Of a stretch of DNA of 64,000 bases, positions 1 to 11,900 are shown piece by piece. The notes below the pieces were generated by a model, which searched no databases, was not told the origin of the DNA, and saw nothing but the letters and a program-made list of their open reading frames with translations. The DNA is from Leucoraja erinacea (Eukaryota). The DNA is taken from contig NC_073378.1 of assembly GCF_028641065.1 (NCBI RefSeq), positions 83,948,001 through 84,012,000 of the forward strand, read 5' to 3'. Position numbers and translations under genes: made by a program. Position 1 is the first letter of the stretch, and every line of letters starts with the position of its first letter.

Positions 1-2142
1 CAGAAAGGGGGAAATCAAATCCTGGAATGTCTGCAAATAAGAATCATCAAAATTGGTCAGATCGCTTTGCAACTAAACATTCACGACGCCCTATAGTCTG
101 GGAATCCAAACGTGATATTGGGCTGTTGCGTTTTTACGAATAATTAAACCATTTTTAGGCCATTCGCAGCAATCCAAAATTAAATGTTCAACTTAAAACT
201 ATAGAGTTGGGCAGCGTGCATTGGTCTTTGTCTTTAATGTAAGTGAACATTCAATTGAAGAGCTACAAAACTGTAGCGAATCCCTTTATATAAGATTATA
301 AATATATGAACCTTGGTGATGATAGCAAGCAACGCGCAAATAATAACATTTAAGGTGCAAACAGAATGATTTTCAAACAAAACATTATTTGTCCTGTTAA
401 ATTTGTCAAATAAGTTATATGAGGGGGGGGGAGTGTGCATTCATAATGTTGCTTATATAAACAATATTCGTATTTATTCCGATGCGCAGTAGTTAAAGAA
501 ACATCCCCAATTACTTGGCAACGTATTTGGTCTATAAAACTAGGCAAATAAAAGCGAATGCGTTGAATCGAAGGGCTGGGTTGTACAGCGTTTTAAACAG
601 GGCCTGGCTGTAACCAGAAGGGATGTTTTGACCAGTACAAACTTGACTTCCTCCGTGGGTCAATAAACCTTGCCGACGATATTTTAAGGTGGTACAGTGG
701 CTTCGGGAGAATATGAACCTGCAATGGTATAACAACGCACATTTTTCGGAACATGTTCATTTATATTTAACTGAAAAAAATAATCAAGATAAATATTTCT
801 GCTTTGCGTAACACTTCCATCTATAACATGCCGCGTGATATAATTTAACATCACAGATGAATTTTTAGACATATTATTTGAATAATGTATCAATATGTTG
901 CTTGAAATGCTCATTTTAAATCGCTTACACGAAATTCTGGGAAATTGTAGGTTAATACGTTTCCTTTGTACAATGTGCAAGTATTTCGCATTCTGTCGGT
1001 TAATTTGTTCGGCTTGTCTTTGCCATGGAACGATATCATATGTGATTGTTATATGCAATGCATTTAATTCTGAATTCATAAATTAGGACACGAATCAATC
1101 TAGACATGATCCTTATTCTGCATAATGGCACTGAAGCATCAATTTTAAATAGTTTAATTCCAATGGTTGTTCAACTAACTTGACCAACAATATAAAGTGC
1201 CATTGTGCATGTTTACTTGCTTTGCTTCGATTAAAGCTTCTGTTTGTCTCGTCTAGAGAGCCCAATATAATGGGGCAAGTCTGCTTTCTGTGTTTAGTCT
1301 AGTTTCTGCAGAGCATGAGACACCGACCAAGTAGCGTTTCCACTACGCTCCGCCGAGGTCGCTGTTTCCAAGAACAAAACAAAATTACGCGCCCAGGCGC
1401 CATGTAATGATCATAACCGAGGCCTTGTGCCTTTCAAGTAATTTCTTTGTCTTGCACATGGTAGAATACATAGGTTTAAATGCGTACCCTAAATCATTTT
1501 GCAAGGTTCCTTTTAATTCCGATTTTCACCTCGAATTGCAGATAAGCCATGTAAAAATGTACAAAAACAATTATGTGACTTTTTAAGCGATGTTAATATA
1601 ACTATGGAATATTTATCACTAACAAAATCGAAATCTGCAATGCATCAATTATGCCGCCGTACGTATGTAACTGCAGCAATCTACAGTATAATGCAGCAGA
1701 TTAACACCGATCCTTTCAACTAATGGCTCCACAGCGCATATATATTGAAGGGAAATCGAAATGGATCATATTTAATTTAAACATGAACTTGATCCTTATT
1801 AGAAAAAAAAATCTAACATAAAATCTAAGGTAAATGATAGTATTTAGGAAATGCCAGTTCGCCACATCGTTCGGAAAGCACAATCCACGGTTAGTTTGCA
1901 AATGTAGAAGATTCTCTTCTGTTCTTTGAAAAAAATACACAGTTCGATTAATTTCGGGAGGGAGGGGGGGCTTGCAGAAGAACTAACTACCACGTCTTTG
2001 TATTACACATTCTTAATCCGATTGTAGAACGTGCCACTTTGTGGCTAGCTGTGTCAAACCAAAAGCTTTTACTTTTTCGGAATTATTTGAGTATCTGTGG
2101 TTTCTTTCCAAACCAACACAAGAACTCACTGGCGATGATGAT

Positions 2143-2226
2143 AACTGCAGTAATTCAGACAGTCTCGTGTTGTAGAGTTAGACTTTAGCCCCAACAACAT
2201 GAAACTACCTAAATCACACATCAGTT
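2143..2226 (-). ncRNA. mir-196: pre-miR-196 hairpin (HoxA-linked, miR-196b position)
   Basis: Reverse complement of 2190-2211 is TAGGTAGTTTCATGTTGTTGGG (mature miR-196-5p). A complementary 3p arm CTACAACACGAGACTGTCTGAA follows, with AACTG/CAGTT closing the stem. It lies just downstream of HoxA10, as expected for miR-196 upstream of Hox9. Confidence 0.97.
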
Positions 2227-2667
2227 CTATCTCAGCTCTTTAGATTCCTATCACTGTACATTAGTAGTGGGACAATCTATATCCACATTCAACAAGCTTA
2301 CTCAAATAGAGGTCATAATCATTGCGCTTCTCGTCAAAACCTCGCATGTATTTACCAAAATCGAAAAGCACTCCTTCCACATGCAAAGCTGTTTGTCTCT
2401 GAAATCATTTTCCAAATTATTGAGGGGATTTCGGGTTTCATACCGAATTCCAATTCAAATGAATAAATTGAATTGCAAATTCAGCACAATAATACATGTT
2501 AGTCCCCACTAAATATGGCGGGGTTCTTTATTATCTCTGAACAGGATTTCACGCGATCTGAATACATGTCATTCATTCCAGTAATGATAAGCCATTGCAA
2601 CTTGTGTGCACAGCAATAATCACGAGTTCAAGGTTTGCCCGAAGAAAAGAGCTAGCCAGATGACAGT

Positions 2668-2669
<2 letters not shown>

Positions 2670-2736
<67 letters not shown>
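2670..2736. repeat. (TA)n microsatellite
   Basis: Near-perfect TA run. Confidence 0.95.
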
Positions 2737-2737
<1 letters not shown>

Positions 2738-3124
2738 TTCTTTTCCCCCACGTCCTCCACCCCCCAAAGGAAAATAAACAATGCAGTAGTTTTACGTTTT
2801 CTCTGCTAACGCCACCGATTGCATTAAACATATACTAAAAGCACAAGTTTGTTAGAAATGATCCCTTACCTATTGGTCTAAACAGAGGATAATGGATCTC
2901 GTTCTTCATATAGATCTCACCTTCAATGTGAATGCTTCCAGATGTTTTATCTGCTAAGATTTTTCGATTCTTCAAACTCTTCTGATTATTGCAGATTAAA
3001 AGATCTGGTGCGTATTTTGTTCAAAGAAAATCAATTTCCTACATCCGAGCGGTGCTCTGCTTCCTCTGTCTTCGTGGCTGTTCGCTGAACTGAAACCACT
3101 CGTCCAAGACAGCAACAACCCAGA

Positions 3125-3245
3125 TATACTAGCAAGTCATAAAACTCAACAAAAGCCGACAAACGTTACAGCACCATCGCTATATAGCCCAGACAAATTA
3201 CGACCGTCTAGGTAATATTTAAATAGATTGCAACGGTAATTGCCA
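3125..3245 (-). promoter_or_regulatory. Putative promoter of the miR-196/upstream-HoxA9 transcript
   Basis: TATA-like GCTATATAGC (~3179-3188), flanked by Cdx/AbdB-type sites GTCATAAAA (~3136) and AATTACGAC (~3196). A splice donor lies downstream at 2869. Confidence 0.5.
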
Positions 3246-3368
3246 GTCTTTAAACCCACCATTCCTGCAGTAAACTTCCTCAACAGATAAGGTAAGAAAA
3301 AAACGAACACAAAATGAAGTAAAAACAATGTGCATATACCTATCTCAATGGACTGCGACGAAATACGT

Positions 3369-3374
3369 TTTATT
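3369..3374 (-). terminator. Candidate HoxA10 polyadenylation signal
   Basis: AATAAA on the minus strand ~740 nt after the HoxA10 stop. Confidence 0.5.
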
Positions 3375-4111
3375 CACCTTCCAGGAAACACAAGTTTTTG
3401 TTAACGTACAGAAAGCAGCAGCAATAGGTCTAAGCATGAGCTGAGTTTTCCAGTACGAGTATTTCATCTTTTCGAAACCAGAATGAATCAATTCTAATTG
3501 ATTTTATTTTCTTTTGGAAGTGAATCGACGGCATTGAATAAAAGGTCCGACATTCTACTTAGTTATGTTTGCAACAAGGTTTCACATTTAAATGTGCTAT
3601 GGTGTTTCCATTCATGGCATGTGATATATTTATGTAACAACACACTTTACAGCATATTCACATTTAACTTTTTTTTATCAACATGTCGGTATATGGGTAG
3701 TAACATCATCCTGGAACTATTTAAACAGCATTAAATGTATTTAAATATTACAATGTTCGATTTACGTAGCTGATAATTGGTAACTAGCACAATTAAATGA
3801 TTGTTGACATGTTCAACCACCCCCCCCCCCCCCCCCCCCTCACAATCCTATCCCTCCGCAGTTGTTTGGAAAATTCTCATATAGGAGGACAACTTCTGTG
3901 CATGCCTTGCTTATCATTGGCAACACTTATTATTATAGATACAGAAACAGACTAGCGCCACAAATAAAAACAAAAACACATAAATCGCATTTATCTACAA
4001 TCAGCACAAGGCTGAGAAGTCAGAGGTAAGTGGAAAAGTTTTTAGTCTTTCAGTAACACTAGCACAACTTCCCGATGTCCGAGTAAATAGGCAAACCAGT
4101 GTCTGTATTTA

Positions 4112-4386
4112 TCATGAAAAGCTGAAGTTAGCTGTGAGCTCCCGAATCCTGTTCTCACGGTTCATTTTCTTGAGTTTCATTCTGCGATTTTGAAACCAGA
4201 TTTTGACCTGTCTGTCAGTCAGGTGGACACTGCGGCTAATCTCTAGGCGACGCTCTCGAGTCAGGTACATGTTGAAAAGAAACTCTTTCTCCAGCTCCAG
4301 GGTCTGATGTTTGGTGTAAGGGCATCGTTTTTTCCTGCCACTCTTTGCAGTCAGCCAGTTAGCCCCATTTTCAGCTTTCACTTCCC
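4112..4386 (-). CDS. hoxa10: HoxA10 exon 2 (homeodomain)
   Basis: [82 protein letters not shown]. Acceptor AG at 4388-4387, phase 1. Confidence 0.98.
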
Positions 4387-4485
4387 CTATTAAGTAAAAA
4401 AAATGATAGAAAACAAAGGAAAGAAAAAAAAACAGACATGCAAAGGCAGAGAGGGAGAGGCAGAGAGGGAGAGAGAGAGAGGGGC

Positions 4486-4686
4486 NNNNNNNNNNNNNNN
4501 NNNNNNNNNNNNNNNNNNNNNNNNNNNNNNNNNNNNNNNNNNNNNNNNNNNNNNNNNNNNNNNNNNNNNNNNNNNNNNNNNNNNNNNNNNNNNNNNNNNN
4601 NNNNNNNNNNNNNNNNNNNNNNNNNNNNNNNNNNNNNNNNNNNNNNNNNNNNNNNNNNNNNNNNNNNNNNNNNNNNNNNNNNNNNN
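4486..4686. other. Assembly gap next to a (GA)n tract in the HoxA10 intron
   Basis: Run of N. Confidence 0.99.
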
Positions 4687-6022
4687 AGAAAGAAAAGAAA
4701 ATTTCGTCAAATAATTTTCAATGATAACTTAATAGTGGTAAAATGGACGTTTTACCTGTGTTCATGTTACTGTGCCAAGAAATAGGTACAATATATAGGT
4801 ATAATATCAACTATTAAAAATGCTATATTCTCCATTTATTTTACATTTTAATTGTTAATACAATGGCAATATTGTTCCATTTTTGTCCATACATTGGGTA
4901 CATACTCGCATTGAATGGAAACAATAACATTTTGAACTATATCAAGGTTTAATCAGATTTCTGAAATGGGGGATGATATGGTATTGTAATGAACCATGAG
5001 GGCTATTAGGATGAAGATGGAATTGGTTTGAAATCTGTATGTTAATGGCATTGGATATATTTAAACAATTGTCAAGAATCTTATGTACTTGGAGTAACTG
5101 TCAGATTGATTTCACGTCATTCAAGGGTCTTATAATTCTTCGCTTTTAAGATGCTTGGTTAATACCAACGCAGTTGGTTATTCGCAAAATGAAAAATTCT
5201 CCTGCAATTATCGCAATATTCAATATTTTGCTTGCACCAGTAAGCATGTCTTTCCCCCTGCTATCATGTACAAAGATTATGTTTTCAGTCCTATTTCTCG
5301 CCATGTTCCACACCAAACAAATCCTATCTTCATCCATGACAATATCCAATGAGATTGAGCGGAGTTTTTCGTTTAAGAAAATAACTTTAAATGCAACAGA
5401 TCGAAATGTATTCGTCTTCAATGTTTTAAAGCTCTAGCCTCTTCAACTCCTCAATTTTCTCACTTGAACTAGCTCACTCAAATGTTTTCTTTGGAAGTTC
5501 GTTAGAGTTGCAATTAAACTAATCGGTGGACATTTTAACCATTTTATTATGGTGCTCCCATGTTGTTAACTAGATGGATTTCAAATACAGTAAAATAAAA
5601 ACTAGGCATCCCCTAAAACTGTCTTTTAACATCTAAGTTTAAACAAAAGCATATGCAATAAATCGACATTGACCTAAAAGCACCAAATGTCTTAAAGTAA
5701 AATATGGCAGTGATATATTATATTATTTTGAAAACTTTTCTTATTTTCATTTCATTTTTTTTCTGGAAAGACGCGCTAGATCATAAAACGTTCCTGGGTT
5801 CCTTTGAGTATTATTCATTGGCTGTCTTTTATTTACTTTGGACCCTGTGTGCAAATATGTGCTTCTATGCGGTACACTTACATAACTGCAATAAGGATTC
5901 GTGGTTTGTAACTTATCTGACAAGTTTAGAATGTGAGTACAATTGATTCCGGAGCGTGGGCTCATGCTATAAACTATAGTAGGCATTAATTTTTACAGCA
6001 TAGCTCACGCCCAAAAATAAAA

Positions 6023-6036
6023 AGTTCACAAGGTCA
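6023..6036 (+). promoter_or_regulatory. DR2 nuclear-receptor element (RARE-like) in the HoxA10 intron
   Basis: AGTTCA-CA-AGGTCA, two perfect RGKTCA half-sites with a 2-nt spacer. Confidence 0.55.
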
Positions 6037-6146
6037 AAATAAACCCCCCTTTGTTAGGCTTGTTGGCTGTACCTGCCACGTCTACTCTGATTGTTAGCTT
6101 CTGATTGTTCGCTCTGTAAATCGCCCACTGTCTATTTTGTACCTAC

Positions 6147-6906
6147 CTTTTGTTTCTTTCTCAGGAGAGTTTTTGCTGCTTTCTGAATGGACTGGTGAAG
6201 ATTCTTCGTTTGGTGAAGATGCCGGAGCCTCTGCCTCTTCTCTCTCCGAGCCGCAGGTTAAATGGCCGGGGGATGTCCCCTCGCTTCCTTTTCTCCCCAA
6301 TTCACTCGGGGTCGAAGCTGAAGAAGGGGGTGTTCCAAAACGGATCTGGGACTGAGGCACGAACGGAGAGGCCCCAACCTGCCCAGTGTTGGTATAAAGT
6401 GTCTGTTTGGTTGTCGGGTAGGCTTGGGACAGACGGAAATAGCCGGGCACAGGAACCCCGCCGCTAGTAGTAGTGTCAGTATTGGAGCACGATTCTGATG
6501 TTAGCCTTGGAAACGTGGAAAGATCTGTTGCTGCCGCGCTTTTTGGACATTTCTCAGAATCATATAAGCAATATGCATTTTCTTCTTTGATATTCTGGGG
6601 GAAGGAACATGCTGCTACTTGCTGGGTTGCAGGTTGCTCCATGCGACAGGACCTGGGAGGATCTGACCAGACCTCCATCCCGCTCATGTAGGGATGAGAA
6701 GTCAGGACCATACTCTGAGAGTTGTTCTCACTGCGTTTGCTCAGAGATGGGAAAAGTCCACAGTTTTGGATGCCGTATGATAGATCAGAGGCAGGCGGCA
6801 GGTATACGCTGTTGTTGGGGTAATAGGTTCCTTCCCCGCCACGGCCCACGCTGATCAGAGAATCTACTAAAAAGGAGTTTGCAGCCGGGCTGTCTGAGCA
6901 TGACAT
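6147..6906 (-). CDS. hoxa10: HoxA10 exon 1
   Basis: Starts MSCSDSPAANSFLVDSLIS and contains CSFPQNIKEE and VPVPGYFRLSQAY. Donor AAAG|GTAGGT at 6146. 760 nt + 275 nt = 345 codons including the stop. Confidence 0.97.
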
Positions 6907-6957
6907 TGTTGTGGGGTAATTTGGCGAAAGCAGAAGATATCCAGTTCAGGCTGACAT

Positions 6958-7095
6958 TTCTTGTGCAAACACGTTGAATATGATTAGAGATACCTCCGCA
7001 GCACGACAGGCGGGACGAACCAATCAAATGGCATAGCTGGCCATAAGCCCCTCCTTCATGGTGGGGCTACGTCACCAGAACGGCAATAAGGTCAC
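6958..7095 (-). promoter_or_regulatory. HoxA10 proximal promoter / 5' leader
   Basis: CCAAT box (~7021) and CRE-like TGACGTA (~7069-7075) just upstream of the CDS. Confidence 0.6.
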
Positions 7096-8171
7096 CATAT
7101 GTGTTCGGTAAACTGCAAAAACGTCTAAATGCATCTTTATTTATTCAGTTCTACTTTATTAGAATCACGTCCTTCAAATAAAATAAAAGAGGGGCAAAAT
7201 TGTAATTCAATACTACAAGTTTCAGCAAAATGTGAAGCTACCTAACTGTTTCAAAGTAGCAATTATTTACATATTTCCAATTATTCGCACACGCGGTTGA
7301 TAAAAAGAACAAAGTTGTAGTTCTATATTGTACAATTTTAATCACGCGTTAAGTTTCGCAGGCGGATACTTGCAAGAAAACAGAAGTAATCTTGACTTTC
7401 ACGGGTCTGATTGTAATTACCCAGCCGCCTGCTGCAACAGTTTCACAGTGATCACTGTGATTCAGACCCACAATGAGCGTTTCCTTATTGTTACTTCTGT
7501 TGCCATTCCTTGTATGCGCAGGGTTGAAGAATCACTCTTGAAATACAAGTCCGTGATTGTATATCTGGCCTTTTTTTGTAGTTTAGAGTTTAGTGGGGTA
7601 ATGGGACATACTGCATCTCTGTAAGTTAAGTGTAGAAGGTCGGGCACAACAAACTAATTCTACAACCACTTCCTTTTATCCATTCATCTATTTCCCGACC
7701 GAGGCTGACTGGGTTGTGGCAATTCTTGAAATTTCTTACCAAATAACAATTTCAAGAAATAGAAAACATTTGGTTCGAAATACTTGATCATGTGTTCTTC
7801 AATTGGCTGGGCCAAGAACACACATCGTTTACCACATCTATAAAATCGACCTCATCATATCGTCTTAAAAATAGAATACACTGCAGTTAAACAAAATTTA
7901 CAAGTATCTCAACTACAATCGGGTCAAGTTTTTTTTTAAGCGCGCTATAGATGCCTCCTCCAGAGTATGACACTCCATCCCATCCAAAGATAACTTAGAA
8001 ATGAAACCAGAGGGGTGAAAATGCTTTACCTTTTTCCATGGGGACTTCGATTGGTGAACTATTTATCTCCAGAATTTAAGGTGGAAGATAATTATACTCA
8101 ATCTACAGCTATTATCATAATATCAGTGCAAAAAGAAAGTAATGCAACAACGATAAGAGCCCCCTCCAAAT

Positions 8172-8184
8172 ACACGCACGCACG

Positions 8185-8229
<45 letters not shown>

Positions 8230-8240
8230 ACACATACATA
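8172..8240. repeat. (CA)n microsatellite
   Basis: CA run. Confidence 0.95.
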
Positions 8241-10914
8241 AATCCCTTGTGATCCAAGGCAAGGGAGGCTTTTAACAGTGTATTTGTGGCATATTTCTTC
8301 AATATGTCTCAATGGGAATCTGAATACAAAACTATTCTGTGTGTCGGTCATATTGTATGTATTTTGATCGGCCATCTCCGTAATAAAATGCAGCGCAGCA
8401 AGCAATGCCGCCGTAAATGTCGTCTTTAGATTTGGATGTAATATTAAATCTCTAACATTACTGTGTTTTTCTACGAGCCATCTTTTAGCCGCACTCAAAA
8501 TGTGAACCGTGCCGCCCCACCCCCACCCTCTTCCCCACCGCCACTCTGTACTATTATTCCAATTGCAGTTATTTTAACTTCTGACGCTGGATTAAAGCTC
8601 AGAAAATGTTGTTAATCTAAAGCAGATTATTTAAAATATCGTTTCAGTTAAAGTCAGCGGGATATGAAGGCCGGCTTTACACGCACCGTGTTTGCTAAAG
8701 GGCCGTCTCGGAGGATTCCTTATGCATGCTTGTTTTTAAGCACAAACGACTGTTTAGAATTATCACGGCCGTCCAAAAATCATATAAAAACCTGAATGTT
8801 CTTTATCGAAAATTTTGAAAATATTCCCGTTTGCAATCCCTCTGAGCCAATGACACGTATGATCATGGGAGCAGACAAAGATTTAATGGGTAAAAATAAC
8901 AATTACCATCTCTGCCAGAGTCTCATATATAAAGGTCCATGCTACTGTACAGCAATGCTAACAAGCGGCGCATTTATGTGTTGGAGGCATGATATTTATC
9001 TGGTTCTTTTTGCAAATGTTTCATTGCTTAATAAATTGATACCATATTTGGATAATTTTATTGGGGCATTTTTGGAAAGGTTTAAACGTCTATAACCCAA
9101 TTTCCCCAGTAAAACTGTAATGGGGATGGTGGATTGATTTCTCCTGTTTCTAAGATACTGCAGGCCTTTCTCAACTTTATGGATAGGAATGGAGCGAGGA
9201 GCTGGGAGTCTCATGTGAACATTTAAAAAGCCCACACCAGGAAGTAATTGAAGCAGCAAGGATTTGCGGGAAATAAGTTTATTTTCTAGCTTCTAGTGTG
9301 TACGTGACTGTTAATTGCGACATTGGTAACAGTTAAGAAATGCGTTTAATGCCGAGGAGGTTGGGCGAGATGAAATAGCTTTATCGCCTATTTCAGGAAT
9401 ATGGCGAGGGGAAAAATTAAATTAAAGAAATAGCTTTAGAAAGTGCATAGTTATACAATACTTTTAATGGCCATTAATGCGTTCCATTTGGCATAAGAAA
9501 GAATAATGAAGCCACATTTCTTTGCGCCAAGCTATGTCGACCGTGGGTACTGCAAGATTTCTACATTTCTCCATCAACGCGTAAGCAATAAACACACGTC
9601 TTACAACGCTGCAACAATCGAGGTAAATAATATAGTCCAGTCTGTTATAAAAGGACGAGCATAGATTGCAGTGGCGCATGTAGTGCTTCTTCAGTAAATA
9701 AGCGATTTCAATGTCTAAACTGAGCAGGCTGTGCCCACTCAGAGCTCGGGCTCGTTGTTAGCCTAGATCGTGAACTTAAGACTGAAGGCCAGACTGAGTG
9801 CCTTTCACCCTGTTTTCCGGATAAAGTTCCAAGAAGAATACTCGTATGCTCGCCACCTACACCACCGAGTGAGATTGCTTATAATTATGTAGTTCTTGTT
9901 TGCAGTCACAAAATCTATCCAACACTTCGTGAACTTCAAAAAAAAAACTCCTCGCCCTTCAAGTGTATAGGCCATTGTATGTACGCAGTGAAATCTTTTC
10001 GTAGAGGGGCCAGGGCAAATATTTGCCATCTACGGCGCTGATTTAACATACATAGCTTTTTCAACAAGAAGTAATAACAATTCTCTGTAATTCGCAAAAA
10101 TTGCTGGAGAAGTTGAAAAGAGATCATTATTTTATGTCTCCGAGATAAATCTGAAAAGAATGTCACCCTTTATCTGTGTATGTATTCAATAATGTTGTAA
10201 GCAACCACTTCGGAATCACATTACTTTCAAAATCATTTCTATTTCTTGAAATTTTTAGGTAAAAATATTTAAAAATAAAAGGCACCAACTGTAAAAATCG
10301 ATGGTAAATGGATAAAATTGAAAATTCGCTGCATTAAAGGGCTTGGTTTCTTTATATTGGACACTTAAAGAATAAAACACGTTGAAATAGAAACACTGTT
10401 CGGTAATTTTAGAAAGCCATGCAACACTAACTTTTTGCACAGTGTACAATCAAAATATAAACTAACGTCTATCAATCGCAGACAAGAAATCTAAAAATCA
10501 AGGATATCAAACCTCACCAAATGTTATCATCCTCTAAATCTACAAATTTAACTAATCTGGTTAATTGTTACCACGGAATTGCTATTGAAACACTGATATT
10601 TCTTGCTGGATAGTTTGTGATATAATGCTTTATTTCTTTTTAAAAAAAGATAGTGAGTCTAACACTTAAATTTAAAGACATCGTTTACACTCGCATTTGA
10701 ATGAAAGAGAAACGGAAATCCAGCCAGAAAGCAAAGGATGTCAACAGTGTACAATAAGTCCGAATGAAGTGCAGAGTAATAACAGAAATAGACGCATAAC
10801 TGTTTTATGGTTTGGAATGACAAAAATATTAATAACCATATTTTTCAATTGCCTGCTTAAAAAGACTTCCGTAAGCATGTCTCGAACAATTTAAAACTGA
10901 GACAAAAGACTTCC

Positions 10915-11012
10915 ATTGAAGCAGCGCCTTTCACAACCTTGGGACGTCCCAAAGTGCTTTACAGCCAATGGAGTACTTTTTGATGTGCAGTCCCTGTTGT
11001 AACGTGGGAGAC
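10915..11012 (-). mobile_element. DeuSINE (SacSINE1/AmnSINE1-like) 3' fragment
   Basis: GCGCCTTTCACAACCTTGGGACGTCCCAAAGTGCTTTACAGCCAATGGAGTACTTTTTGATGTGCAGTCCCTGTTGTAA matches, from memory, the reverse complement of the DeuSINE 3' region (TGTAAAGCGCTTTGGGA...GAAAGGCGCTAT). Confidence 0.7.
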
Positions 11013-11729
11013 CTAATTAGTTTGTTCTATTTTAATTTCATTTCAGTCAGCTATTTTACTGTTATATAGAATTATGCGCCAATATACCCTCTAAAAAATA
11101 AAACAAAGAAAGCGCAATTGGATTATACGATTTCAAATGAATAATCGACTTTGAACGTGAACAATGAGCAATATTCCGCAAGGTAAAGGGTTTTTACTAG
11201 TGAAATCAAGCGCTTGTATTTATAATGAAGATTACAGCGATGTACACTTCAATTTAGGCCTTATCAACAGTTTATATCGACAAGATTGAGCAATTACAAG
11301 AAAAAAGCAGTCTAACAATTCAAAAGAAGTCCAGATAAAAATAGGATGGGGATCTTAAATTTGTTTTGTGAATCGAATGGAGTAAATAGTCTATTGTGAA
11401 TTGAGAAATTGCTTTTAATATAAAGTGTCTTAGGTAATCCTAATGTTAATTTCGCTTTAAAGATTACATTAAAGAATGCTTACCTTATGCGGAAACTACG
11501 CGTGCAAAATAATTGCAAATAAACACAGAATTGCGCAAAGTCACATTATTCTCCGTGTCTTTAAAATTAACGAGATATTTATGTTGAATAGATTTTGTTG
11601 AAATAAGGAGCCAGATTTTATTCATATGAAATTGTGTTTTTGTTAACATATCGTTTTTCATAATCTGACGAACAGATTTTCATTTTACTAATCGTGATTC
11701 TAAGAAAACGACGGTAGAGTTTTTGTTTT

Positions 11730-11900
11730 CACGCTGACAAAATAGCTCACTAGCTTTATAACAAAAAAGCGGCAATTCAGTTGCACAGGCCACGGTGAAG
11801 GTGACGCAGCGGGGGTCGAGTCACAAACCAAAATGGTCCATGTTATGAACCACGTTGAAAATAAAGAGTTGGCGTAAAATGTACAATTACAACACATTCC
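11730..11900 (-). promoter_or_regulatory. Putative distal HoxA10 promoter
   Basis: TATAAA on the minus strand at 11760-11755, CRE half-site TGACG (~11803), TTTTACG AbdB/Cdx site (~11873-11879). Strong donor AAG|GTAAGC at 11483. Confidence 0.45.
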
